Below are positions 9,556 through 20,627 of a stretch of 64,000 nucleotides of DNA, in pieces. The number at the start of each line of letters is the position of its first letter. The first letter of the stretch is position 1. Both the position numbers and the translations under genes were made by a program. Source of the stretch: an uncultured Clostridia bacterium (lineage in GTDB: Bacteria; Bacillota; Clostridia; Christensenellales; Borkfalkiaceae); contig CANRAD010000008.1 of NCBI GenBank assembly GCA_947628505.1, forward strand, positions 757 to 64,756, given 5' to 3'. Under the pieces are notes generated by a model. It was not told the DNA's origin. It did no database searches and was given only the letters and a program-made list of their open reading frames with translations.

Positions 9556-10392
9556 TCAAAAGTTCCCCAAATGCCCCGTAAAATTGAGGACGACGCAAGT
9601 TACGGAAAGCAACAAGAGATAAAGCGCAAACCATTTGTAATTGACCTTTCGCACGGCTTTCAACATAAGTTTTATGGCGAATATACCAACTATTGCCGAA
9701 GAAATAAAACCGAGGGCAATCGCCCAACCGTACTCTCCCCCGTTTGCAACAAAATCCGCCTGAACGGAGCCGCTTTTCAGTCCTTTGAAGAGTTCGAGCA
9801 CAAACCCGCCGAGAATTACGGGAACAGACATAATGAAAGAAAACTTTGCGGTTTTATCGCTCTCGCCGCCGCATAAAAGCCCGGCGCATATAGTAGAACC
9901 GCTCCGCGAAACTCCCGGCAGAACAGCCACGGCTTGCATTACGCCCATAGCCGTTGCCTTTCGTATGTCGATTTCTCCGCAGCTCCCATTGATTTTACGC
10001 CGACGTTTAACTATGTATTCGGTTGAAACAAGCAGAGCCGCCGTAATCATGAAAAACGCGCCGAGCAAAACGCCTACATAATTGCTTTCCATTATGCGTT
10101 CTTCTATCAAATCCGCGGTAAAGAAGCCGACCAACGCCGCCGGAACGGAAGCCAGAACTAACAGCGCGAGAGTTTTAAACGGTTTTTTGAATATCGCAAT
10201 GATATCTTTATAAAATACCGCGCACACGGCCGCGAGCGTACCGAAGTGCAAAATTAAGGACAAAAACAGCGCGTTCTGTGTACTTACGTTCAGAACGCGC
10301 TGAAAAAACGCTATATGCCCCGACGAGGAAACGGGCAGAAACTCCGTGAGCCCCTGAACTGTTCCCAATACGACGGATTGCCAAATTTCCAT
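9556..10392 (-). CDS. uppP: Undecaprenyl-diphosphate phosphatase
   Basis: BacA signature EFLPVSSSGH plus PGVSRSGSTI; polytopic membrane protein. Confidence 0.93.
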   Translation of the reverse strand: MEIWQSVVLGTVQGLTEFLPVSSSGHIAFFQRVLNVSTQNALFLSLILHFGTLAAVCAVFYKDIIAIFKKPFKTLALLVLASVPAALVGFFTADLIEERIMESNYVGVLLGAFFMITAALLVSTEYIVKRRRKINGSCGEIDIRKATAMGVMQAVAVLPGVSRSGSTICAGLLCGGESDKTAKFSFIMSVPVILGGFVLELFKGLKSGSVQADFVANGGEYGWAIALGFISSAIVGIFAIKLMLKAVRKVNYKWFALYLLLLSVTCVVLNFTGHLGNF

Positions 10393-10395
10393 TTA

Positions 10396-12735
10396 TTAGT
10401 TACCTGCGTCGAGAAGATCCTGATATCTTTCCTGGTATTTGATAACAGTTTCGTCCTTTTTGTACTGCGTCAATATCTGTGTTCTTCTCGTCGAAGAAAC
10501 ATTGGGTATATCGTTGTTCTTCACCCATTCGTAGAAAAGATTTTCGAACGTGCCGACTTTATCTATATTGCCAGCCCAATCGGGTTCGAATTCTTCGCCG
10601 CCGGGATTATTATCGCCGTCCGGTTCGCCCAATACATAGGTTACGTAAATGATATGCCAGCCGTAATCTCCCGCGCAGACGTTAAATGCGCCCGCTCCGC
10701 GAGAAATAGCTTCCTGCGCGGCATACGCGAATTCCTTGATATAATTCGTGGTGTCGCCGAGAGTTACTGTATATCCTATATATTCGGAAAGCACCGAAGT
10801 ATCCGTTGTATAAGCAAATTGAAGTTCGTTTACCGCCGAAAGCGCCTTATATGAATCGCTTGCGTTCTCCCAATTGCGCACCGGCTTGCCGTTTTCGTCG
10901 AGAACGGTTCCGTCATAAAGCACAGTGGTTCTGTTCTCTTTCTGATTTGTCAGACCGAGCTCGACCTTGCCCTTTGCATATATGAAATTCGAATAATCGA
11001 CTTCCTTATCTTCGAACTTCTTTTCGTCCTTGGTTTCTGCGGTGTAGAGGTTGTCGTTATCGTAAACTTTATAATAACTCTCGTTGCCGCTTTCGGGCGA
11101 ATAGCCGTCTTCAAAGGAAACACCGTCTTTGCCCATAACGTAATCTACGTATCCTTTAAACTCTTTGAGCATATCGTCGATATCGAGGTAATTATAACCC
11201 AAATCGTATGTGCCGTTGTCAAGTTTGGTTACCGCGCCGTTGAAAGGATATCTGCCGTAATATTTTTCGAGTTGCTCGTATCTGTCGCTGTTTACGAGAT
11301 TGTTCTCGAAGAAAAGATACGCTTCCTTGTCCGGTTGTTTGCCGTAATACTCTAAAAGATAAGCCGGATCGTCCGTAGCGCGGGCGTCGCCGTTTTTATC
11401 GGTTATCGTGCTGAAAGAATAGTCGGTAACTCCGTTGAACCATGCGGCTCGTCTGTCATACGTTGTTAAGTTCTTCAAAAGTTCGTTTCTGTGCGTGTAA
11501 TAATCGGGAGTGATGTTTTTATCGTCGTCCACATCGTCCGAACGATATTTGTCAAGGAGCGCACTTTGCTTGCTGCTGTAAGGAAGGAGAATATTGTATA
11601 CGAATCCGTATGTTCCCTCTCCGTTTGTATCGGGAGAATATAAGACAAACGAAGTATCGCTCATATTGTCCATCGCCGTTTTTATCTTATCGCTCGTTTT
11701 GGACGTATCGGATTCGTAATCGGCCGTCTGACTGCCCTTTATATCTTCATAAACCTTGTCGATATAGACGTACCGCTCGTCTCCTTTGAGCTTTTCTTCC
11801 ATCTCTTTCTCGTACAGATCGTAATATTTTTCGATTACGCGCTGTTCGAGCTGTTTCGCGTATTCTTTTTCAATGTAATCGAGATTTCTGACATCGCCGA
11901 TATCTTCCTTCTCGGGATCGACGAGATCGTTTGCGATGAGGTTGCTTACAAAACGGTTATAAGCGTTCAGACGCGTAACCTTTCTCGTTCCTTCCAACGC
12001 GTCGTTCTTGTAAGCGCCGCTCTCGGAAAGACGATAATCGTAAGATTTCCCGCTGTCCGCATAATGGGCCGAGCCGCCGGTATAGACGTTATAGTCCAAA
12101 TCGCCTTCCGAAGTCGCGGGATAATAATCTTCGGTTTCGGTATCAACTCCGGTGGGCGCGGTTCTCGTTTCGTCGCCGGACTTATCGTCTTCGATTTTCA
12201 AAATCTGCTTTTCATATGAGTCTATGGCGGAATTGAGAGACGCTCTGACGCTGTATTCAGCTACCATTACGTCCACGCTGTCTTCGCCGAGAAGATATTC
12301 GAGCTTTTCGGAATAAGTTGTCTTTGAATTGTACTCTTCAAGCACGGTTGAAGGCGCGCTTGTGCCGGCCTTTTCGTTAAGGAGATACACAATCGCATAT
12401 TGCGCGACGACGGCGGTGTTCACAAGGCTGTCCATCAACGAAACCATGACATCGTGGACGCTGCTCCCTTGCTGAACCTGAGCCTGCCCCACGTTGATAT
12501 AATATGCAAGCAAATCCCTCTTTATGATCTCGGTATTATCGAGAGCGCTCGCATAAGTATCGATAAGCTCTTCGTCCTGTTGCGTAAGCCCGGACGCCTT
12601 TGAAATATTCACCGTCGCTATGACCTGCTCGTAATCCGACTGCGTATTTGTGGAAACAAGCGAGCAACCGCCGAGAGAAGCCGATAAAATTATCGATGCC
12701 GCAAGCAACGGAGCTACTAATCTTTTCTTCTTCAT
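10396..12735 (-). CDS. Large lipoprotein, PrsA/SurA-like with probable C-terminal PpiC-type fold
   Basis: Lipobox LGGCS. Sits downstream of mfd, where Clostridia encode a PrsA-like foldase. C-terminal CAGDYGWHIIYVTYV resembles the parvulin core. The long central region is unassigned. Confidence 0.5.
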   Translation of the reverse strand: MKKKRLVAPLLAASIILSASLGGCSLVSTNTQSDYEQVIATVNISKASGLTQQDEELIDTYASALDNTEIIKRDLLAYYINVGQAQVQQGSSVHDVMVSLMDSLVNTAVVAQYAIVYLLNEKAGTSAPSTVLEEYNSKTTYSEKLEYLLGEDSVDVMVAEYSVRASLNSAIDSYEKQILKIEDDKSGDETRTAPTGVDTETEDYYPATSEGDLDYNVYTGGSAHYADSGKSYDYRLSESGAYKNDALEGTRKVTRLNAYNRFVSNLIANDLVDPEKEDIGDVRNLDYIEKEYAKQLEQRVIEKYYDLYEKEMEEKLKGDERYVYIDKVYEDIKGSQTADYESDTSKTSDKIKTAMDNMSDTSFVLYSPDTNGEGTYGFVYNILLPYSSKQSALLDKYRSDDVDDDKNITPDYYTHRNELLKNLTTYDRRAAWFNGVTDYSFSTITDKNGDARATDDPAYLLEYYGKQPDKEAYLFFENNLVNSDRYEQLEKYYGRYPFNGAVTKLDNGTYDLGYNYLDIDDMLKEFKGYVDYVMGKDGVSFEDGYSPESGNESYYKVYDNDNLYTAETKDEKKFEDKEVDYSNFIYAKGKVELGLTNQKENRTTVLYDGTVLDENGKPVRNWENASDSYKALSAVNELQFAYTTDTSVLSEYIGYTVTLGDTTNYIKEFAYAAQEAISRGAGAFNVCAGDYGWHIIYVTYVLGEPDGDNNPGGEEFEPDWAGNIDKVGTFENLFYEWVKNNDIPNVSSTRRTQILTQYKKDETVIKYQERYQDLLDAGN

Positions 12736-12809
12736 ATCAAATTCCTTGAAAGGTTCAATTCAAAATCAAACACTATTATATAACATTTAAATCATTATAT
12801 CAATTGATT

Positions 12810-15800
12810 TTAACCGCAACTTAGCGCAAATTTTAAAAATTTTGTCATTGCGTACATGGCTTTCGCGGGATTTTGCTCGGTTTCAAACACAATCAAAGGA
12901 GCGCGCGCCATCGAAAGTTTTACGTTTTTCTTGTATTTTTCAAGCGCAAGGGCGAGCCGATTATCGTTAAGTCCCGAAACGGAAGGCAATTCGAGAGAGT
13001 TCTCCGCTTCGCCGACGCATATCTTTTTAACGTTGAATTTCTGAGCGTATGACTTCAATACCGCTATCATCAAAAGATTGAAAACTTCATTCGGCAAGGC
13101 GCCGTAATTGTCTTCGACAGACGTGTAGACGCGCTTGTAATCGTCGACCGAACGTATTTCGGCAATCTGCTTATAGCAATCGAGCCTGCCCGCGCTGCTC
13201 TCGATATAACTTTCCGGAATATAGGCCGAAACGTTGATTTCGAGTTCGCAAGCGAGCTGCGCTTCGCCAGTAAGCTCCTCTTTAAGAAGTTTGGAATACA
13301 GCTCGTATCCGACTTTATCCATGTGCCCGTGTTGTTCCGCGCCGAGCACGTTTCCCGCGCCTCTGATTTCAAGGTCGCGCATGGCTATTTTAAAACCTGA
13401 GCCGAGTTCGGTAAAACGCATAATGGCTTTGAGCCTTTCGGTGGCCTCGCTCGTCAATACCTTTTCGGCTTTGAACGTAAAGTAAGCCTGAGCGAGGCGC
13501 GAACTTCTGCCCACTCTGCCGCGCAATTGATACAGCTGAGATATGCCGAGACGGTCGCTGTCTATGACGATGATAGTGTTGGCGTTCGGCAAGTCTATGC
13601 CGTTCTCGATTATTGTTGTTGTAACCAGCACGTTCTTTTCTCCGCGGTAGAATGAAAAGACGGAATTTTCAAGCGTTTCTCTCTCCATTCTTCCGTGGGC
13701 GTAACATACTTTCGCTTCCGGAACAATCTCCTGTATTCTGCCCGCAAAAGAAGCTATGGTTTCAACTCTGTTATAGAGAACGAAAACCTGTCCGTCGCGG
13801 GATATCTCGCGGATAATGGCGTCTCTTATGAGCGTTTCGGTTTCTTCCACGACATAAGTCTGAACCGGCAATCGCTTTTGCGGCGGAGTGTTTATAGTGC
13901 TTATATCTCGTATTCCGGCAAGGGACATGTGCAATGTCCGCGGTATAGGCGTCGCAGTCATTGTCAGACAGTCTATATCGCTTTTTATGTGTTTTATTTT
14001 TTCCTTGTGCTCCACGCCGAAGCGCTGTTCTTCGTCGAGAACCAGCAGTCCGAGGTCATAGAATTTTACGTCGTCCGAAAGCAAGCGGTGAGTGCCGATT
14101 ATCAAATCAATATCGCCGTTTGCGAGAGCTTTTAAAGTTTCGGCCTGCTGCGCGGGCGTTTTGAACCGATTGAGTTTTTCCACGCGCACGCCGAATTCGC
14201 GAAATCTCTCCGTTGCAGTATTGAAATGCTGTTCGGAAAGAATAGTGCTCGGGCACATTATTGCGGCCTGTTTGCCGCCTAAAACGCACAGATAGACTGC
14301 GCGGAGAGCGACTTCCGTTTTGCCGTATCCGACGTCGCCGCAGAGCAATCTGTCCATCACCTTTTCCGAACACATATCGCGCTTTATCTCATCTATGGAG
14401 ATAAGTTGGTCGGGAGTTTCTTCGTATTCGAAGGCATCTTCGAATTCCTGCATCATCGCTTCGTTTTCCGGAAAGGCAAATCCGCGTTTGGAACTGCGCT
14501 CGGCATACAGAGTTTTCAAATCGAAAGCAAGTTTTTTTATAGACTGCCGGACGCGTTCCTTCACTCTTTCGAAATCGGCTCCGCCTATTTTCGAAAGCGC
14601 GGGATTTGCATCTCCGACATATTTCGAAAGCACGTCCATCTGTTCGACGGGAACGTACAATCTGTCTCCCCCGCGGTATTCCACGGCGATATATTCCTTT
14701 ATTCCCGCGGTCGTCTCTATCTTCTGCGTACCTGTAATTCTGCCTATTCCGTGCTTCTCGTGAACGCAGTAATCGCCTATCTCCGGCGCTACGAACATAT
14801 CTCCGCGCTTCTTTCTAATGCGTTTCGCCGCAACGCGCGTGTATAAGTCTCCGCTGCCTATTATAACGAGTTTTGCCTCGTGAATTATCAAACCGTGTTC
14901 GAATTGTTCGGAAGAGACGGCGACGCCTCTGAGCGCTTCGAGCCGCTCCGGCACGGAACATACGGGTATGTATTCGTCGCTCAGATAATCGCCGAGTTTA
15001 ATGCATCTCTCCGCGCTGCCGGCAAAGGCTATCACTCTGTATCCGTTCTGCAACCAATTTTTGATGTCGGAGACCAACTGTGCCGAGGAGTTTATGTATC
15101 CGGGAGCCGGCGTTGAAACAAATTTAAAGGTCTTCAAAGGGCTGAAAAATTGCGTAGACGAAGTGAAAGTCTGCAAACTCATGCGGCAAAACGCCGAAAA
15201 ACAGCCTGTCAATCTCTCGGGAGAGAGCAACTGTTGCTCCGAAAACGAAAACGCTTCGCCTCCCTTTTTCAAATCAGCGACGCGTTCCAGATGCTCCTTG
15301 TAAGCTCCGTTCATTACGTCCGCAATCGATTTGCACTCGTCGAATATTATTTTGAAATCCGACGACAGCAAATCAAACAACGTGCACGCGCCGGAATACA
15401 AGGGCATTGCGAACGAAACGCCCGAAAACGGAACGCCTGCGGCAAGCCCGGAACAGAGTTCCTCGGCAATCTGTTTTGCCCTTTCGTAGGCTTTGACTTC
15501 GCGGTAATTTTTCAGTTCCGAAAAGACGCGCTTTTTTACCTCTTCCGCGTCATTCGCGTTAAAACACGCCTCGGTCGCGGAGACGATTTCGGCGGATTGT
15601 ATTTCATCGAGCCTTTCCCCGCTGACGTAATCGTAAGGTCGGATTTTCTCCACCGTATCGCCGAAAAAGTCGACACGTATTGGGTTTTCGCTGTTTATCG
15701 GGAATATATCGAGTATATCTCCGCGTATGGCGAAACAGCCCTTGCTGTCGGCCGAATACTCTCGGGAATAGCCCATGGAGACAAGTCTGGAAGGCAGAGC

Positions 15801-16223
15801 CGAATAATCCGTCTCTTCTCCCACTTTCAGTTTTATATCGTCGACGCGCGACGGAACAAGTTGCATTGCCGCAACGACGTCGCAAACCACCAATTCGGCG
15901 CCGTTGAGCAATTCGTGAACAGCGCAGAGTCTGCGGTATATGGCGTCCTTTGAAAGCGCGTCTTTATAGAGAATGACTTCGTCTTTCGCCGTAAGAAGAA
16001 CGCATTTCTTTCCCGAAAGCGTCGAAATGTTTTCATAAGCGCGGCGAGCCGCGACCGGATCGGCCGTTATATAAAGAACTCTGCCTTCGTCGAGCGACGC
16101 CATGAGAAATTTGTTGGGTTCGGATAAGCCGAAAACCGCCGTCGGCGTGCCGAGGCGGAGTTCCTGCTGTACGGCGGGATATTGCCCGCCGATATTACGG
16201 TAAGTGAAAAACGATTTATTCAA
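12810..16223 (-). CDS. mfd: Transcription-repair coupling factor
   Basis: 1137 aa. CarD-like domain ([12 protein letters not shown]), helicase motifs [11 protein letters not shown] and DEEQRFGV, and a TRCF C-domain. Conserved pth-mfd synteny. Confidence 0.96.
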   Translation of the reverse strand: MNKSFFTYRNIGGQYPAVQQELRLGTPTAVFGLSEPNKFLMASLDEGRVLYITADPVAARRAYENISTLSGKKCVLLTAKDEVILYKDALSKDAIYRRLCAVHELLNGAELVVCDVVAAMQLVPSRVDDIKLKVGEETDYSALPSRLVSMGYSREYSADSKGCFAIRGDILDIFPINSENPIRVDFFGDTVEKIRPYDYVSGERLDEIQSAEIVSATEACFNANDAEEVKKRVFSELKNYREVKAYERAKQIAEELCSGLAAGVPFSGVSFAMPLYSGACTLFDLLSSDFKIIFDECKSIADVMNGAYKEHLERVADLKKGGEAFSFSEQQLLSPERLTGCFSAFCRMSLQTFTSSTQFFSPLKTFKFVSTPAPGYINSSAQLVSDIKNWLQNGYRVIAFAGSAERCIKLGDYLSDEYIPVCSVPERLEALRGVAVSSEQFEHGLIIHEAKLVIIGSGDLYTRVAAKRIRKKRGDMFVAPEIGDYCVHEKHGIGRITGTQKIETTAGIKEYIAVEYRGGDRLYVPVEQMDVLSKYVGDANPALSKIGGADFERVKERVRQSIKKLAFDLKTLYAERSSKRGFAFPENEAMMQEFEDAFEYEETPDQLISIDEIKRDMCSEKVMDRLLCGDVGYGKTEVALRAVYLCVLGGKQAAIMCPSTILSEQHFNTATERFREFGVRVEKLNRFKTPAQQAETLKALANGDIDLIIGTHRLLSDDVKFYDLGLLVLDEEQRFGVEHKEKIKHIKSDIDCLTMTATPIPRTLHMSLAGIRDISTINTPPQKRLPVQTYVVEETETLIRDAIIREISRDGQVFVLYNRVETIASFAGRIQEIVPEAKVCYAHGRMERETLENSVFSFYRGEKNVLVTTTIIENGIDLPNANTIIVIDSDRLGISQLYQLRGRVGRSSRLAQAYFTFKAEKVLTSEATERLKAIMRFTELGSGFKIAMRDLEIRGAGNVLGAEQHGHMDKVGYELYSKLLKEELTGEAQLACELEINVSAYIPESYIESSAGRLDCYKQIAEIRSVDDYKRVYTSVEDNYGALPNEVFNLLMIAVLKSYAQKFNVKKICVGEAENSLELPSVSGLNDNRLALALEKYKKNVKLSMARAPLIVFETEQNPAKAMYAMTKFLKFALSCG

Positions 16224-16270
16224 AATTTTACCATATGTTACGGTGCGGGAGCACCGATTGTCAAACGAAA

Positions 16271-16834
16271 TCAGCCGTTATACAAGGTCATGACATAGTC
16301 GACGGAACGGCCTTTTACGAGTTCTATCGCCGCGTCGGCGGCGCGTGTGCAAGCAGATATAAAGAGTTCGTAATCCTCTTTTTTTACCTCTGAAAGCACA
16401 TAGTTTATGAGCGGAATATTTACCTCTTCGTCTCTTATACCTATGCGTATGCGAACAAAATCCCGAACGCCCGTTTCCGCAATGACGGAGCGCATACCGT
16501 TATGCGTGCCCGCGCTGCCGGACGGACGGATACGGACTTTCCCCTTGGGTATATCGTAGTCGTCGTAAATGACCACGAGATTTTCCGGGGAAGCCTTATA
16601 TTTTGCAAGAAGCTGTTTCACCGCTCTTCCGCTGTTGTTCATATATGTTACCGGGCGCGCAAGAATAATCTTTTCGCCGCCGACATACGCTTCGGCGACG
16701 TAAGCCTCGCACTCTTTCTTTGCAAACTTTACGCCGAGCTTGTCCGCGACGTCGCCGACGGCGATATATCCCATATTGTGAAATGTTCTGAGATATTTTT
16801 CCTCGGGATTTCCGAGCCCTACAATTATATACAT
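16271..16834 (-). CDS. pth: Peptidyl-tRNA hydrolase
   Basis: N-terminus IVGLGNPEEKYLRTFHNMG and GHNGMRS-type motif (GTHNGMRS). Confidence 0.95.
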   Translation of the reverse strand: MYIIVGLGNPEEKYLRTFHNMGYIAVGDVADKLGVKFAKKECEAYVAEAYVGGEKIILARPVTYMNNSGRAVKQLLAKYKASPENLVVIYDDYDIPKGKVRIRPSGSAGTHNGMRSVIAETGVRDFVRIRIGIRDEEVNIPLINYVLSEVKKEDYELFISACTRAADAAIELVKGRSVDYVMTLYNG

Positions 16835-16875
16835 ATCTTCCTATTCAAAAAGCCGCAGAATGCTGCGGCTTTCGT

Positions 16876-17823
16876 TCAATCGTAAATTTTCGACATCGAT
16901 TTATCGAGATATACGTTTTCAATGGCCGAAGCAAATATCGGAGCCGTTGAAATCATCTTGAAAATAGGCAACATCTTTTCCTGCGGAATATTTATTGTGT
17001 CGAGCATGGCAAGTTCGGTTATAGGCGAAGAAGCCAATCTCTCTATCGCGGGACCGGAGAGAACGCCGTGCGAACAGCAAGCGTAAATTTCTTTTGCGCC
17101 CGCCTCTTTAAGCGCCTTTGCACCCTGCACTATAGTGCCTGCCGTGTCTATCATATCGTCGACCATAAGGCAATTCTTGCCCTCGACCTCGCCGATTATG
17201 TTCATTACTTCCATGACGTTGGCCTTGGGACGGCGTTTATCTATTATCGCCATCTTGGCGTCCATTCTCGCCGCAACTTTTCTTGCGCGGGCGACGGAGC
17301 CTATATCGGGCGATACAACGACGAAATTTTCGTCGACTTTGGGTTTGAAATAATTATAGAGCGTAGGTCCGCCCACGAGGTTGTCCAAAGGAATATCGAA
17401 AAAGCCCTGAATCTGCATGCAGTGCAAGTCCATAGTAAGAACCCTGTCCGCGCCTGCACTCGTTATAAGGTTTGCAACGAGTTTTGCGGTTATGGGTTCG
17501 CGCGAACGCGCTTTTCTGTCTTGACGGGCATATCCGAAATAGGGTATAACCGCCGTGATTCTGCCTGCGCTGGCGCGTCTTGCGGCGTCTATCATGATAA
17601 GCAATTCCATCAGATTTGCGTTTACCGGATAGCTTGTGGACTGAACGAGGAACACGTCCGTACCGCGGATGGTCTCGTCAAAGCGAACGTAAATTTCGCC
17701 GTCCGAAAAATGAGTTACTTCCATAGCGCCGAGAGAAGTATTCAGGCGAGCCGCAATAGCTTCGGCGAGAGGTCTGTTGGAGTTGCCCGAAAATATCTTG
17801 ATTTCGTTGCCGTGATTGATCAT
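16876..17823 (-). CDS. prs: Ribose-phosphate pyrophosphokinase
   Basis: PRPP synthetase motifs: YFGYARQDRK, DLHCMQIQGFF, MVDDMIDTAGT. Confidence 0.96.
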   Translation of the reverse strand: MINHGNEIKIFSGNSNRPLAEAIAARLNTSLGAMEVTHFSDGEIYVRFDETIRGTDVFLVQSTSYPVNANLMELLIMIDAARRASAGRITAVIPYFGYARQDRKARSREPITAKLVANLITSAGADRVLTMDLHCMQIQGFFDIPLDNLVGGPTLYNYFKPKVDENFVVVSPDIGSVARARKVAARMDAKMAIIDKRRPKANVMEVMNIIGEVEGKNCLMVDDMIDTAGTIVQGAKALKEAGAKEIYACCSHGVLSGPAIERLASSPITELAMLDTINIPQEKMLPIFKMISTAPIFASAIENVYLDKSMSKIYD

Positions 17824-17986
17824 TTGGATTTTCCTCCGAGCTTTTGTATTTCAAAAGAGTTTTCCCTCTTTTTTCTCCTTTTCACTGCTTTTTCATTTTA
17901 TTATTCCGACGCCTCAAAGTCAACTTAAAAACGAATTTTTCGAAATTGAAAAATAACTACACCTTTTTGACTTATTACGCAAGTTA

Positions 17987-18442
17987 TTAACAATCTTTTT
18001 CGCGCTTACGCATATCGAAAAAAAATTTCGAAAGCACCTCGGCACATTCTTTTTCCATAACGCCGCCCTCGTATTCTATCCTGTGATTGACAAGATTCGA
18101 CGAGGCGAGAGCTTCAGTCATGGCTCTGCCCTTTGCCTCATATGCTCCGAAATAAACTTTTTTTATCCTTGCGTTGAGCATAGCTCCCATGCACATGGGG
18201 CAAGGTTCGAGAGTTACATATATCTCGCACTCGGGAATACGCCAGCTTTTCAGCTTTTTGCACGCCTTTTCGATGGCCTCGATTTCAGCGTGCGCGGTAG
18301 CAATTTGTCTTTTCGTTCTGCGATTGTGTCCTCTCGCGATAATCTTACCGTCGAGAACGACAACGGCTCCTATGGGCACTTCGCCCTCTTCGGCGGCTTT
18401 TTCCGCGCACTTTAAAGCCGCTTTCATAAATTTGTCAACCAT
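17987..18442 (-). CDS. tadA: tRNA adenosine(34) deaminase
   Basis: CDA zinc motifs HAEIEAI and EPCPMC; 151 aa. Confidence 0.93.
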   Translation of the reverse strand: MVDKFMKAALKCAEKAAEEGEVPIGAVVVLDGKIIARGHNRRTKRQIATAHAEIEAIEKACKKLKSWRIPECEIYVTLEPCPMCMGAMLNARIKKVYFGAYEAKGRAMTEALASSNLVNHRIEYEGGVMEKECAEVLSKFFFDMRKREKDC

Positions 18443-19163
18443 AATTCTCCGAAAATATTCTCAGCGCTTTATAGCACTTTTTGAGTTTGGAAAGTTTTTT
18501 TATCGGGTGAACGAGGTTATCCGCTCCGCATTCAAGCGTGAAAGCGGGAATGGCGAGTTTCTGAATACACCAATCCTTATAACCGCCGCAACTGCCGTAT
18601 ATTTTTTTTATTTTGTAGCCGGTGGCGAAGGCGAGAATCTCCGCCCCCTTTATATCGCCGCGGCCGCCGTATTCGTAATATATCTCCTCGCCTTTCGTGT
18701 GGAAACTCAAAGTTGTGAACGGGCGGACGCGGACGGTGAAATTCCTTATGGCCGCGGTTTCACATTCGGAAAACGGATAATCGCCTATGCAGTTTTCGCC
18801 GCCGCGGCGAGTGGTGTTCATTCTGCCCATTCCCCAATCGGCGTCGAAATTGCAGTTTATGTCCACGCCGCGGGCATTGGCTTTCCAGAGCGGCTTATTT
18901 CTCTGGCTTATCTCCGCGCCGTCCGGATTGAGAAGGGGAATAATCCACCCTCCGCCTCTTTTTATGCCTTTTTTAATGTGTTTTATGGCGAGGCGCGCCG
19001 TTATCCATTCGCGGCCGTGCACGGCATAGACGGCAATAAACTGCCTGCCTACGCGCTCGCCTATATGAAAAGCGAATATCTCTTTGCCGTTAAAAGAATA
19101 ACCTATAACGCATTTTACGCCTTCATAGCTTTCGTAAAATCTCTTAACTTCATCGTATATCAC
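18435..19163 (-). CDS. M14 family zinc carboxypeptidase (gamma-D-glutamyl-meso-DAP peptidase-like)
   Basis: Zinc motif HGREW, then NPDG and the downstream His in SFHTKGEEIYY. Confidence 0.8.
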   Translation of the reverse strand: MIYDEVKRFYESYEGVKCVIGYSFNGKEIFAFHIGERVGRQFIAVYAVHGREWITARLAIKHIKKGIKRGGGWIIPLLNPDGAEISQRNKPLWKANARGVDINCNFDADWGMGRMNTTRRGGENCIGDYPFSECETAAIRNFTVRVRPFTTLSFHTKGEEIYYEYGGRGDIKGAEILAFATGYKIKKIYGSCGGYKDWCIQKLAIPAFTLECGADNLVHPIKKLSKLKKCYKALRIFSENYG

Positions 19164-19183
19164 ACAAATAAAATATGAGTTTT

Positions 19184-19621
19184 TTATTTGTGATATTCGC
19201 CGCCGCTCATAATCATAAAGGCCCTGTAAACCTGTTCGAGAAGTATAACTCGCATAAGCTGATGAGGAAACGTCATTTCAGAGAACGACAGTTTAAAATC
19301 CGCCGAAGATTTTACTTCCGGGGCCAAACCGCAAGACGAACCTATCACGAAAGTTATCTCCTCTCCTCTGTCGGCAAGCGTTCCGAGCTTTTCGGAAAAG
19401 GCCTCGCTCGAAAGTTTTTCGCCCTCCACGCAAAGAGCTATGACATAGCCTTTGAGCGCTTTCATAACCGAAACGCTCTCGTCTTTCAACGTTCTGCCCT
19501 CCTCAATTTCGATAACGCTTACTTTCGCAAATCTCGAAAGGCGTTTAAGATACTCCGCCGCGGCGGATCTGAGGTATTCTTCTTTGAGTTTGCCCACGCA
19601 AACGATATTTATTTTCTGCAT
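19184..19621 (-). CDS. rlmH: 23S rRNA (pseudouridine1915-N3)-methyltransferase
   Basis: SPOUT family, 145 aa, with the typical ending FPHQLMRVILLEQVYRA. Confidence 0.9.
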   Translation of the reverse strand: MQKINIVCVGKLKEEYLRSAAAEYLKRLSRFAKVSVIEIEEGRTLKDESVSVMKALKGYVIALCVEGEKLSSEAFSEKLGTLADRGEEITFVIGSSCGLAPEVKSSADFKLSFSEMTFPHQLMRVILLEQVYRAFMIMSGGEYHK

Positions 19622-19622
19622 T

Positions 19623-20525
19623 TTACACTATGAAAAGAGATGAAATCCACACCGACGCAAGAATGACTATTCCGACCGAGGCAAAGACGAAAAATCCCAA
19701 AACTCCGCCTTTTACGCTTTTCGCATACTCCTTTTTGTCAAATATAAGCCACAATATTCCCGCCACGAGGAAAATCGCGCCGAGAACGGTCAACACAATC
19801 TCGGCTACGCCGCCAATCGCGAGGTTGCCCTCCTTGTCCGCCAAACCGCACGCGCTGAAAATTATTATGGCGGCGTTGTTCAGAAAGTGCATCAGAACGC
19901 AGGGAGTTACCGCGCCGGAGCGTTCGGCAAGATACGCAAACGCGCAACCGCATATGAGCTGATATATGGTCTGTTCGGGCGAGGCGTGAAAGAGAGAGAA
20001 CATAGCGCCGGAAACAAATACGGCGATTATGCTCCCCATGCCTTGCTTCGCGCCTTGCAGAACTATTCCTCTGAAGAAAAATTCCTCGACAAAGGCGGGA
20101 ATTACAGCTATAACGAAAACGGCGAGCACGACTTTTCCGCCCGAAAGATCCGGCAAACGGCTCGTGTTTGCACGATAGCCCAAACTTTTGAGCCAAGCGA
20201 CGAACATCTCGTTCAGACGCATAAACGAGAACATAAGTCCGAATATTATCATAAGGGCGATAACGAAATATTTTGCCCCGCACTTTACCGGGAATACCTC
20301 TTTGAAGGAAACCTTTTTATAAAAAAGCATTCCGAAACAGCCCAAGAAAACGGCTATGGGCGCGGCAAGATACGAAATATAAATATACCCGTCCGATTCT
20401 TTCGGCAAAGCCATGGCGGAAGTTATTCCTCCGGCGATAAGAGACGCAACGAAAAACAATACCGTGCATACCGAAAATGTAAGCCCCGAAAAAGGCGGAT
20501 TCAAACGCTCGTTAACCTGTTGCAT
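19623..20525 (-). CDS. CPBP family intramembrane glutamic endopeptidase
   Basis: Motifs EEFFFRG, FSLFH and HFLNN in a polytopic membrane protein. Confidence 0.85.
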   Translation of the reverse strand: MQQVNERLNPPFSGLTFSVCTVLFFVASLIAGGITSAMALPKESDGYIYISYLAAPIAVFLGCFGMLFYKKVSFKEVFPVKCGAKYFVIALMIIFGLMFSFMRLNEMFVAWLKSLGYRANTSRLPDLSGGKVVLAVFVIAVIPAFVEEFFFRGIVLQGAKQGMGSIIAVFVSGAMFSLFHASPEQTIYQLICGCAFAYLAERSGAVTPCVLMHFLNNAAIIIFSACGLADKEGNLAIGGVAEIVLTVLGAIFLVAGILWLIFDKKEYAKSVKGGVLGFFVFASVGIVILASVWISSLFIV

Positions 20526-20627
20526 ACTCAGATTATACTATAAAATGAAAAATTAGTAAACATATTTTAATTTACTTTTACGAGCGTTTGTATTACAATA
20601 TAAGAAAATTTTACGGTCGGCACAACC

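Noticed and set aside
17068-19178. Long plus-strand ORFs (286 aa and 334 aa) antisense to prs, tadA and the M14 peptidase
   Set aside because: The opposite strand encodes proteins with unambiguous catalytic motifs. These ORFs have no motifs and odd composition. The same reasoning applies to 28624-29679, 29793-30692, 30696-31460, 32096-32935 and 34512-35408.
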